Made by a program: the position numbers and the translations under genes
IMG/VR virus record: IMGVR_UViG_3300035190_000600
Span: 1-44,028 of that record
DNA: 44,028 nt
DNA from: a virus
Taxonomy: Duplodnaviria; Caudoviricetes
Reading direction: 5' to 3' (one strand)
Notes under the pieces: generated by a model
The model's input: only the letters and a program-made list of their open reading frames with translations
Database searches by the model: none
Told to the model about the DNA's origin: nothing
Shown: positions 35,573 through 43,951 of the stretch, in pieces
Layout: every line of letters starts with the position of its first letter
Position numbering within the stretch: the first letter of the stretch is position 1

Positions 35573-37129
35573 TTACTGAACAGAACTTCCGGCCAAGGTT
35601 AGGCTTACTGAGTTTTGGCGTCCACTTAAAGCGTTAGACATCCAAGTAAACACGCGCTCGGTGTTTGCATTCGTCCAGCTAGCATCAAACGTGTCAAATG
35701 CCACCATGTGGTTCATGTTGGTCATTTGCAATGCAGTTTGTAGGGCAGCGTACTGTTGAACGTCGTGCGGATCGGTGTACGGTTTAGCAGCAACACGCTC
35801 AACAATAATGTTGGTCATGTCACCGGCCCATTGACGAGGGTAAATCACAAAGTTGATGCTAGTTGCAGTAGTTGAACCGCGTTGCATACAAGTCGCAAGC
35901 TCAATACTTGTGCTGTCTACTTTGCGAACGACATGATAAGCACCAGCACCCTGGCCCGCCGTGTCAGGACTTAGCATGGCGTTAGTGCCAGCCGTAATCC
36001 AAACGACATCACCTTCACGCCAGACATAGCTTGACAAAGTTGCGCTAGTAAGCACATATCCAGCCCCGCTGGAAGACGCGCCAGTAACAGCAACACTCGG
36101 AGCAGACAAAGGCGTAGTTAGCGTAATGCTGTTTGCTCCAACGCCAGACAACGTGTACACGCCGCCAACAGCAACTTTTTCAACAACGCCGATTGGAAAG
36201 TTTGCACCTGAGTTAGAAAACGACTCTGTGTGCGAATAAATACGCACTTTGTCGCCAGCAACAAACGACGAGAATGCGCCGGTTTTAGACAAAACACCGG
36301 TAGAGGCGGTATAAGACACGCCGCTAATCATGGACGGAGTGTTGCCCATGACGCACATAGTCGGCACGGCCCACTCTGTTTGCTTGGTTTCGTAATAAGC
36401 TAAAATGCTAGCAGCGGCTCGCACATTTGCCGGAATGTTGGTCGCTTGCGCAGCAGCCATTCGGCCAAACACTTGCTGGAATTGGAATCCAGACGTGTTG
36501 TATTGCTCTGTACCTGCCCCATCCTTGCGGAAATCAATCGGGGTAGCAATGGCAACAACTCCAAGAACGCGGCTGTCTACACCACCGGCAAAGCTGTAGT
36601 CAGTACCGTATGTGTCCAAGGTGGTTTTGTTCGTATTGCTTAGAGGGGCCGTCAATTGACTCCACCAAGCCATCGTGGCTCCAGCACTAAGGCCAACCAA
36701 AATAATCTTGTTGGGGTCAATGCCCAAAGTTGACGCACGCGCCTTAATTGACACAATTGCCAATTTCATGTCGTTAAACGATTCAGGAAAGAACGCAGGC
36801 CGCGTAATCGGCTCGTTATATCCGAATGTTGCTGCCGCAGTCGGCGTATCCCACACCGTTTGGCGCGTTTCAATGCTGATTACGTCAAAATGCGGATCGC
36901 TAGGCGCGATGCGGCTTAAGCACAACGTTGCAATGTTGTTGCTTTGGTCTTGATTGTTTTTAGACACGGCTCGTTTGTCACCTGTAGCCCAGCCACCAGG
37001 GTGACGCACAATAATGCACGGGTTACCGCCAGGATCGCGCACCGGGTGACGGTACACGTCAAAACGCTGGTGAAATTCCGGCCCGTAAGGCAGGTCGATG
37101 TAGTTGGCAGTCGGGGTTAAAGCGGCCAT
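35573..37129 (-). CDS. Alpha/beta-hydrolase (carboxylesterase-like) with inserted beta-rich repeats
   Basis: HPGGW oxyanion loop, GLSAG nucleophile elbow, GIDPNKIIL, late DPH His; Y.P...Q.FDVY N-terminus. Confidence 0.85.
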   Translation of the reverse strand: MAALTPTANYIDLPYGPEFHQRFDVYRHPVRDPGGNPCIIVRHPGGWATGDKRAVSKNNQDQSNNIATLCLSRIAPSDPHFDVISIETRQTVWDTPTAAATFGYNEPITRPAFFPESFNDMKLAIVSIKARASTLGIDPNKIILVGLSAGATMAWWSQLTAPLSNTNKTTLDTYGTDYSFAGGVDSRVLGVVAIATPIDFRKDGAGTEQYNTSGFQFQQVFGRMAAAQATNIPANVRAAASILAYYETKQTEWAVPTMCVMGNTPSMISGVSYTASTGVLSKTGAFSSFVAGDKVRIYSHTESFSNSGANFPIGVVEKVAVGGVYTLSGVGANSITLTTPLSAPSVAVTGASSSGAGYVLTSATLSSYVWREGDVVWITAGTNAMLSPDTAGQGAGAYHVVRKVDSTSIELATCMQRGSTTATSINFVIYPRQWAGDMTNIIVERVAAKPYTDPHDVQQYAALQTALQMTNMNHMVAFDTFDASWTNANTERVFTWMSNALSGRQNSVSLTLAGSSVQ

Positions 37130-37139
37130 TTGTTAATCC

Positions 37140-37745
37140 TCAGATAGCGTTGGTCGTGTTTAGGTTGTAACCGGTGATTCGGCCATGACGCAGTTGCATC
37201 AAGCTAGTTCCCGCAGAGCGAGTAACCTTCAAAACAACGCGCTGATCCAAATGGAACCGCGCCATTGCGCTTGCCGTGAGCCAGTTAGCAAAACTAGTGC
37301 GGTTGGCAGTCGTTTCTGCGCCGTTTACTGCGTAGCACGAGATAACTCCCGTTGCCATCGGGAAAATAGAGTCGCCATCTCCGTTCTTGCCCCTAGTCAT
37401 AAACACCTTCATTGACACTTCCACAATGCGATCCGCAGCAAGCGAGTCTGCGGTGTGGCTAGGGCTTGTAATCGACACGGCGTTCGTTGTCCCGTCCATG
37501 TCCGAAACCGTAACCGCTGCCGTAATCGTGCTGTCAGAACCACTTGCAATACGCAGCACAGCGTTAAACTCCAACGCAGCGTCGTTAATTACCGAAAACG
37601 CCGGCAATTTAGCGGTTGCGCAAGTCAACACCCCAGTTGCACTTGTCGTTTCGTAAGCAGAATAGATCAAAGCACCAGTTCCACCATTCACGTCGTAGCT
37701 GGAACCAGCCAAAACAATCGGGGTGGGCAAAATTAGTTGGCTCAT
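37140..37745 (-). CDS. Hypothetical virion protein
   Basis: 201-aa beta-rich protein; first gene after the late promoter. Confidence 0.7.
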   Translation of the reverse strand: MSQLILPTPIVLAGSSYDVNGGTGALIYSAYETTSATGVLTCATAKLPAFSVINDAALEFNAVLRIASGSDSTITAAVTVSDMDGTTNAVSITSPSHTADSLAADRIVEVSMKVFMTRGKNGDGDSIFPMATGVISCYAVNGAETTANRTSFANWLTASAMARFHLDQRVVLKVTRSAGTSLMQLRHGRITGYNLNTTNAI

Positions 37746-37947
37746 TTTGTGTGTTTGGCTTCTAGCTCGTGTCTTTTTTCTACTTCACTCGCAACCGGCC
37801 CTTACTCTATTCAAGTCCGGCTTGTTTGTCTTCCTTGTCAGCCATCATCCTCGTCTCACTTGCTTGCCTCGTCACTCGCACCACCTGCGGACAGCCAAAG
37901 CTAAACTGAAAAAAGAAGAAAAAACCCCTCAAAAAAAGAACCCCCGC

Positions 37948-37977
37948 ATTCTGGGCCAGTTCGCACAAGGCTGTCAA
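37948..37977 (-). promoter_or_regulatory. Sigma70-like promoter TTGACA-18-CAGAAT driving the structural operon
   Basis: Minus strand TTGACA (37977-37972) and CAGAAT (37953-37948), with a T-rich UP-like tract upstream. Confidence 0.55.
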
Positions 37978-38063
37978 GAGGCAAAATCACAAAAAAAATC
38001 ATTTTGGGAAGTAGATCTCCCACCTACCCCATACAGCCACACCAAAAGTGGGAAGTAAATCTC

Positions 38064-38558
38064 TCAGTCTAGCGACGCGGCATCCAGCACCCCATGCTCA
38101 GGGTGGTTCACCACCATCCCGTGTTTAGCTGAGATCACATCCTCCCCCGGTGCCGTCTCCAAGCTCGGCATCAGCACATCCACAGAACGCTGTACAACCT
38201 CCGCTACGCGCTCCTCACGGTTGTACGAGGCTACGAAGTCAGCCGCACTCTCCAGTTGCACCACAGGCCCGCCAGGAAGCTCTGGGATCACCGAAAACTC
38301 CGCCGGGTGGATCACAATCGTCCTGTCCGCTTGGATCGAATGCTCCATCCGCTTAATCACCGCCCCGTCAATCCGCTCCACCAACTTCAACAACCCCGAA
38401 ATGTCGTCACCTCGCACAGCACGCTCCACAATCGTCTGCGCAATCAACTGAGCTAAACGCCCCTCGCCATGCTCATTCCTGTCCTCACTCAAAATCCGCA
38501 ACAACGGAGCCAAAATACTGCTCCCCTTCGGCCTACCCCATGTCGGTAACTCGCTCAT
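38064..38558 (-). CDS. terS: Terminase small subunit (DUF5681-like)
   Basis: GRPKGS N-terminus and A.RGD...LVERIDG motif; ggaggg SD. Confidence 0.6.
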   Translation of the reverse strand: MSELPTWGRPKGSSILAPLLRILSEDRNEHGEGRLAQLIAQTIVERAVRGDDISGLLKLVERIDGAVIKRMEHSIQADRTIVIHPAEFSVIPELPGGPVVQLESAADFVASYNREERVAEVVQRSVDVLMPSLETAPGEDVISAKHGMVVNHPEHGVLDAASLD

Positions 38559-39023
38559 TTACCCCTCCCATACCACAAAAATGGCAACCCAAACACAAAA
38601 CATAACACCAAAACCCCCGCCACTACGAGGTAAAAACCACTAAACAACACCTCACCCGCTTTTCTGATCATACAAATGCCCTTTTAGCGTACAGCTTGGC
38701 CTTTTTATATCAAAATTATCTATATGGGCCTAATTTTTAGATACATACACTTTATTTCAGCGAACGGTTTGCTAAACCCCCTACCCTAGGGTGAGCGGGA
38801 GAGAGAGGGAGTGGGGGTATTATATATATCGCTTCGGAGATCGGAGGCTCGAGAGCGGATCGGTTTGCGAAACCGGGGTGGGGCAAGCGTCAAGAGTACT
38901 TGACACCTGCCACCACGCCCCACATTGCACTAACCTAGTCCCGCTTCCGTAGCTCCAAGTAGTACGCTAGTAGACTGGCAAGTAGTGCATAGCCTGCCAG
39001 GGCCGCCACTAGTAGGCCACCTG

Positions 39024-39839
39024 TCATACTTGCACCACCATAGCGTTGCCCTTGCGCATTGCACCCTTAGCACGTAGGCCTACGATGCAACCCACAGGGT
39101 CCACCGTTCTATCGTCGTGCAAGTCGCCGTCTACCACCGGCAATCCAAGGTAGGTTGTGGGCAATGGCTGTCCGGCCTTGGTACTAAACACCACAGCCAC
39201 CGTATAGCCGCGCTGGCAAGCGTCTAGGATTTCCCATTCCTTAGTGTTCTCATGGCGCGACAGCACATGAACGCATGCGAAACGCGCGGCGTGTTCTTTC
39301 TCCACAGCGTCCAAAGTAAACCTACGATGCTGTTCCCATTTCTTAGTGTACTCATAGAAACGCAAATCGGCATCGCCGGACAATGCACGGCGCAAGTCTA
39401 GTCGCGTGCTGTCCCAAGGTAGATCCGATGTGCCGTTTAAACGCACTAGTACTTTGGGTGTTCGACTGTTCGACCGCTTCCACGATCGGACAATATCGCA
39501 AGCTTCTGCGATTAGCGCATCTTGGAAAGCTTGCCGGTCTTCCAAGTACCATTTGGAGCGGCGTAGCATTGCCCTTTGAGCGTTTCCGTTGGGCATTGCC
39601 AAATGGCCACTAGTGTCCCCTAAACACCCCGCTAGGCAAGCTTCCGTAGCTTTCGGACAGAATACGCCCGGCTTCAAGTACAGCACTAGGCTAATATCGG
39701 CTAGACCAAGCTTCACGGATTTCTGGGTCTTAGTAGATACCGACCACAGGCACGATTTGCCCATATCGGCCGGGTTTACATTGTCGACCATTGCCAGCGC
39801 ATTGCCGCGCATTACTTCCAAGCTTGCCATTGTTGCCAC
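39024..39839 (-). CDS. GP88-family protein (Cys-cluster, radical-SAM-like); start may be ATG 39830
   Basis: CPKATEACLAGCL, RLNGTSD, FYEYTK, VAVVF, VVDGDxHDxR, IVGLRAKG. Confidence 0.8.
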   Translation of the reverse strand: MATMASLEVMRGNALAMVDNVNPADMGKSCLWSVSTKTQKSVKLGLADISLVLYLKPGVFCPKATEACLAGCLGDTSGHLAMPNGNAQRAMLRRSKWYLEDRQAFQDALIAEACDIVRSWKRSNSRTPKVLVRLNGTSDLPWDSTRLDLRRALSGDADLRFYEYTKKWEQHRRFTLDAVEKEHAARFACVHVLSRHENTKEWEILDACQRGYTVAVVFSTKAGQPLPTTYLGLPVVDGDLHDDRTVDPVGCIVGLRAKGAMRKGNAMVVQV

Positions 39840-39893
39840 CCTGACAGCGTCGGCACGATTGCCGGTGGTGCTGTCGTGTGCCCATTATATCGG

Positions 39894-39963
39894 AATTATC
39901 ACCTACTTAGATATACGCACTAGTGCTAATTCTAAGGTGATAATTGCCTAGGAATTATTCCTA
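39894..39963. promoter_or_regulatory. Nested palindromes upstream of the GP88-like gene
   Basis: aattatcacct/aggtgataatt arms around gcactagtgc; taggaat-t-attccta; minus-strand TATAAT at 39889-39884. Confidence 0.5.
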
Positions 39964-40381
39964 CGCATTAGAGCGTATGGATTAGTGTGCGATAACTTGC
40001 CAGCCGTTTCAGTCTAGATTGTCGCATTGTCGAGGCTGTCAAATATTCTGGACACGGTGGCGGAAGCACTCGAGCAAGTGTGGTGCGGAAATTTCGCGAG
40101 GTTGGCGAGCAGGGCGAGTGGCCAGGGGGGCGCGTGCCTGCCTGCGCGGAGGGGCAGGGGCGAGGGGGCGAGGGCGCAGGGGGGGGGCGGAGGCAGGGGC
40201 AGGCTCAAAAGAGCGCAGAAATCCTAGCAGCGTTTTCGTCGTAAACACAAATCCTAGCAGCATTTGCGAAATTTCCCCAAGATTTGTTTTGACTCCTGTT
40301 TGAATGTAGGCGATAACCATTACATCGCGGTCACCGATGGGGTGGCTGCAAGCGACAGCAACAGCAACGAAAGCAACAGCC

Positions 40382-40831
40382 ATGAAGACCAAGACCTACC
40401 CCGTGGATGCCAATATGCGGAAGATCACCCTGAACCTCGGCCAGCCCTGCAAGTCGTACCGCATCGTGTTCAACGGCGATGGCAGCAACCGCGTGGTGAC
40501 TTACAGCACCGACATTAATCGCCTCCCCTATGCCTTGCAGCGCGAAGGCAACCGTGCCTGCGCCGAAGGCTACCAGCGCAGCGACCTGTTCGTGCTGATG
40601 CCGGGGGAATGCTTGGAGGTCAACGAGATCTACCTGTCCGAGGTCGAGATCGGCCAGCAATTCCAATTCGTTGGTAATGAGGACGACCGCGTGTATGTAC
40701 GCACCGGCCCGATGTTCACGGAGGAAGGGTATGTAACGCCCGTGGTGCCGTACTGCGCCGAGGACGATTTGAGCTTGATGGCAGATGCTGCCGCCCATTC
40801 GATTGTGGCGGTTCAAGGCAACAACAACTGA
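40382..40831 (+). CDS. Early hypothetical protein
   Basis: MKTKTYPVDAN start after an AC-rich leader; first gene of the + arm. Confidence 0.75.
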   Translation: MKTKTYPVDANMRKITLNLGQPCKSYRIVFNGDGSNRVVTYSTDINRLPYALQREGNRACAEGYQRSDLFVLMPGECLEVNEIYLSEVEIGQQFQFVGNEDDRVYVRTGPMFTEEGYVTPVVPYCAEDDLSLMADAAAHSIVAVQGNNN

Positions 40832-40854
40832 TCACACACACAAAGGAAATCGCA

Positions 40855-41121
40855 ATGTTCAAGATCAAGTACGAAATCAAGCCGTGCAAGCGCACAACGG
40901 AATTTGCAGAGGTGCGCGTGAAGTGCCGCAAGTCGGACGGCTATGTGCTTGTGGGCATCATCGCGTATGGGCCGCTTTTGGAAGCTTTTGAGACGCTCGC
41001 CCAGTCACATTATGTCAGCGACACGACCATGGGTGATTACGCTCGCGCCACAGAACTACGCAACCTCATGGATGCGGTTTTCAAATTCAACAAAGCTGCT
41101 TTCGGCTCGGAGGTCAAGTGA
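40855..41121 (+). CDS. Early hypothetical protein
   Basis: aagga SD; coupled to the next gene. Confidence 0.7.
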   Translation: MFKIKYEIKPCKRTTEFAEVRVKCRKSDGYVLVGIIAYGPLLEAFETLAQSHYVSDTTMGDYARATELRNLMDAVFKFNKAAFGSEVK

Positions 41122-41324
41122 TGCAACGGAATATCGAAATCAACCACGCTGAGTACCCTGCGTTGCTACGCAGCAAGTCCCGCGCTGAGTTGCTGTTTAT
41201 TATGAAGGATGCCAGCGAGGCGCGTGCTGCCAACCCAGACGGGCCGAAGGCAGGCTACTACTCTGACGAGATCAGCTACGCGGCAGCGGAAATCCGCCGG
41301 CGCGATCAGAAGGGGGGCCGGTGA
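41118..41324 (+). CDS. Early hypothetical protein (KAGYYSDEI motif)
   Basis: ggagg SD; GTGA coupling. Confidence 0.7.
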   Translation: MMQRNIEINHAEYPALLRSKSRAELLFIMKDASEARAANPDGPKAGYYSDEISYAAAEIRRRDQKGGR

Positions 41325-41674
41325 CCATGCAAGTAGGCACGCGAGCCGCCCAGCCGCTGTCGGAGGCAACGCAGCGCGAGGTCATGGCCAGTTTGGCCCA
41401 CCAAGTATCGTTGGAGTTTAGACGGCAGGACAGCCTGCTGTACAAGCAGCTAGGCCGAGTGGCCTACGCGCCAACTGTACGCACCCTGGCCGAATGCCCG
41501 TTGGTGCGTAGCGAGTTAGACGCTGTGTTGGAGTCTTTACACATGAGTTGGACGAATGTGCGGAATCCTTTGGACAGCCGTCGTGCCACAGCTCAGATTA
41601 TCGCTGACATCGAGGATGACATCAGGGTCGCCTCGGCCATCGCAAACGCAAAGCAACAAGAGGTATTGCCGTGA
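41321..41674 (+). CDS. Early hypothetical protein
   Basis: Coupled ORF. Confidence 0.65.
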   Translation: MTMQVGTRAAQPLSEATQREVMASLAHQVSLEFRRQDSLLYKQLGRVAYAPTVRTLAECPLVRSELDAVLESLHMSWTNVRNPLDSRRATAQIIADIEDDIRVASAIANAKQQEVLP

Positions 41675-41877
41675 ACCAAGCTGAACTCGAACTCAATTAC
41701 ATCCGACTGCGCGAACGCTACGACACGCTATTTGCGCAGTTCGAGAAACTAAACGACATCCACAACCAAGTGTGCGAAGAGCGCGATGCGCTGCGTACCG
41801 AACTTCAAGAGATGACCGATGCGTACAACTGGGTGGCTAATCGCCGCCAGCGCAGCATCGACAACATGGAGATTTGA
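41671..41877 (+). CDS. Coiled-coil hypothetical protein
   Basis: gaggt SD; heptad pattern. Confidence 0.65.
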   Translation: MNQAELELNYIRLRERYDTLFAQFEKLNDIHNQVCEERDALRTELQEMTDAYNWVANRRQRSIDNMEI

Positions 41878-42143
41878 GCGTGCGTACGCGCAACTACAGA
41901 CTCACTTGGGAAGATGCCCAAGCAATCCGTGAATTGTACCGAAATGGCTGGAGGCAGTACGACCTCGCTGTTAAGTTCCAAATTTCGCAGAGCCATGTCA
42001 GCGAAATTCTGAGAGGTCACAAATGGAAAATCGACACTTCTACAACCAAGCTTCGTGGTCGTCCGAAAGGCAGAGGTCGATCCAACGCCTTACACCCCTT
42101 GTTGAGAGACTCGTTGCAAGCCTTGAAGCAAGAGGAAAGTTGA
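41874..42143 (+). CDS. Helix-turn-helix DNA-binding protein
   Basis: LTWEDAQAIRELY..G..QYDLAVKFQISQSHVSEILRG..W plus AT-hook-like RGRPKGRGR. Confidence 0.8.
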   Translation: MSVRTRNYRLTWEDAQAIRELYRNGWRQYDLAVKFQISQSHVSEILRGHKWKIDTSTTKLRGRPKGRGRSNALHPLLRDSLQALKQEES

Positions 42144-42259
42144 AAAACATGGGCGCGAATCGCCGTGCCGGCGCAATGGAGGCGGCGTTCGATGACCTCT
42201 ACAACCAAGTACTAGCTGAATCAAACCAGAATTGGACGCGCAGAAAAAACAAACCATGA
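42140..42259 (+). CDS. Possible 39-aa peptide (MKNMGANRRAGAMEAAFDDLY...)
   Basis: Fills the gap with overlapping start/stop at both ends. Confidence 0.4.
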   Translation: MKNMGANRRAGAMEAAFDDLYNQVLAESNQNWTRRKNKP

Positions 42260-43095
42260 GTCAGGACAAGAAACTCACGATCCACCAATCCACGCTGGGC
42301 ACGCTCTCGCGTTGTGGGATGCAAGCGTACTACCGCTATGTCGAGGGCATCCGCTCGGCCCCTGGGGTGGCCGCTGTGGCTGGGACAGCCGTCCACAAGG
42401 CCGTCGAGGCCAACCTGCGATCAAAGATCCGTACAGGGCAGCTAATGCCGTTAGACGCGATCCGGGAGGAAGCAGCGAACGCTGCGGTGACTGGCTTTGA
42501 GCAGGAGGTGCTGTTGACAGCCGAGGAATCGACCGTTGGCCGCGAGAACCTGATCGGCCAAACCGTAGACCGCGTGGTCAAGTTGGCCGAGCTTCACGCG
42601 GTCAACGCTGCGCCGCGCATTGAGCCGACTGCGGTCGAGCAGGTGTTCCGGCTTGAGACCGGCGGCAGGATCGCGCTGGAGGGCACGGTGGATGTCGTGG
42701 AGGGCCGCAAGGGCGTGCTGCGCGACACTAAGACCACCGGCAAGTCTTATGCGGCTGACGCGGCGGCAAACAGCGTGCAGAAGGACTTCTACAGCTTGAT
42801 GGCCGAGAAGCACGGCATGGCCGTCCACACATTCACTCTGGATGTGTTGGTCAACAGCGGCAAGAAGTCCAGCTACCAAGAGGTGTCAAGTCAGACACCG
42901 ACCGATCACGAACCTTTGCTGCGGCGGATCGATTCTGCTGTGCGAGTGTTCGATAGCGGCGCGTTTATGCCCGCCGACCCGACTGACTGGTGCTGCAACC
43001 CGAAATGGTGCGGCTACTGGTCTCGCTGCCCCTACGGTGAACGCCGCAGGAAGCAGTTCTCTGTGGCGACTGACAACAACAACAACAATGACTGA
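42256..43095 (+). CDS. Cas4/RecB-like PD-(D/E)XK exonuclease with Fe-S cysteines
   Basis: N-terminal C, GTAVH, E..GTVD..DTKTT, C-terminal CCNPKWCGYWSRC. Confidence 0.85.
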   Translation: MSQDKKLTIHQSTLGTLSRCGMQAYYRYVEGIRSAPGVAAVAGTAVHKAVEANLRSKIRTGQLMPLDAIREEAANAAVTGFEQEVLLTAEESTVGRENLIGQTVDRVVKLAELHAVNAAPRIEPTAVEQVFRLETGGRIALEGTVDVVEGRKGVLRDTKTTGKSYAADAAANSVQKDFYSLMAEKHGMAVHTFTLDVLVNSGKKSSYQEVSSQTPTDHEPLLRRIDSAVRVFDSGAFMPADPTDWCCNPKWCGYWSRCPYGERRRKQFSVATDNNNNND

Positions 43096-43951
43096 TCACA
43101 TGACTACCCAAACAGCAACAAACACACTTATGACTTCCAACAACACGAACAGCAACGCTTTGGTCGCTCGCGAGCTTGGTGAGGCTCAAGCAGCGGTGAT
43201 GCTCGCGAAGCAATTCCCGCGAGATGAACTGGCAACCTACCAGAGCATTATGACGGCTTGCGCTCGCCCCAGCTTTGCAGCTAAGGCGGTGTACCGTTAC
43301 CCGCGTGGCAAGACGACCGTGAGCGGCGCGAGCGTTGTGCTGGCACGCGAGATTGCACGCTGCTTTGGCAACATCGTCAGCGGCTACCGCGTGCTGTCGA
43401 ACGAGGACGATCAGATCCATCTGCAAGGCTATGCATGGGATCAACAGAGCAATCGTCGCGTTGTGCTAGAAGACAAGTTCAACGCGAAGATCCAGCGCAA
43501 GATGCGCACGATGGATGGTGTCGAAGAAACGCAATGGGTCACGCCCGATGAGCGCGATCTGCGCGAGCTTGTGTCGCGCCGTGCAAGCTTCTTGGAGCGC
43601 AACGCTTTGCTGCGCTTGCTGCCTGCTGACTTGATCGAGGATGCGATGGGTGCGTGTACCCAAGCTGAAACGAAGACCGCGAGCGGCGAGATCAAGAACG
43701 ACCGCAACGGCACGCTCAAGAAGCTGGTGACGGCTTACAGCGGCTTTGGTGTCAGCAAGGACATGATCGAAGACCGCTTGGGTCATCGTCTGGATGATGC
43801 CAGCGCGGAGGAGATCGCGGAGCTTCGCCAGATCTACACCAGCATCAAGGACGGCAGCGCGAGCCGCGACGAGTTCTTTGAACCGCGTCCGAAGATGGTG
43901 CTGAACTTGGCTGACATGAAGCCGACTGCGCAGCCGGAGGAAGCGCAATGA
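43088..43951 (+). CDS. Probable single-strand annealing/recombination protein
   Basis: AKQFPRD..AVYRYPRG..VSGASV.LAREIAR.FGN family, usually found beside phage exonucleases; Red-like position. Confidence 0.6.
   Translation: MTDHMTTQTATNTLMTSNNTNSNALVARELGEAQAAVMLAKQFPRDELATYQSIMTACARPSFAAKAVYRYPRGKTTVSGASVVLAREIARCFGNIVSGYRVLSNEDDQIHLQGYAWDQQSNRRVVLEDKFNAKIQRKMRTMDGVEETQWVTPDERDLRELVSRRASFLERNALLRLLPADLIEDAMGACTQAETKTASGEIKNDRNGTLKKLVTAYSGFGVSKDMIEDRLGHRLDDASAEEIAELRQIYTSIKDGSASRDEFFEPRPKMVLNLADMKPTAQPEEAQ

Noticed and set aside
37748-37847. Minus-strand frame with three in-frame TAG codons (possible amber recoding)
   Set aside because: TAG ends ordinary genes elsewhere (e.g. 2628) and long genes are intact in the standard code
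39894-39945. Protelomerase telRL site or lambda-type operator (TATCACC)
   Set aside because: No protelomerase, CI-like repressor or integrase recognised; the similarity is short
42256-43095. CRISPR-Cas system suggested by the Cas4-like nuclease
   Set aside because: No array or other cas genes; context indicates a phage recombination exonuclease
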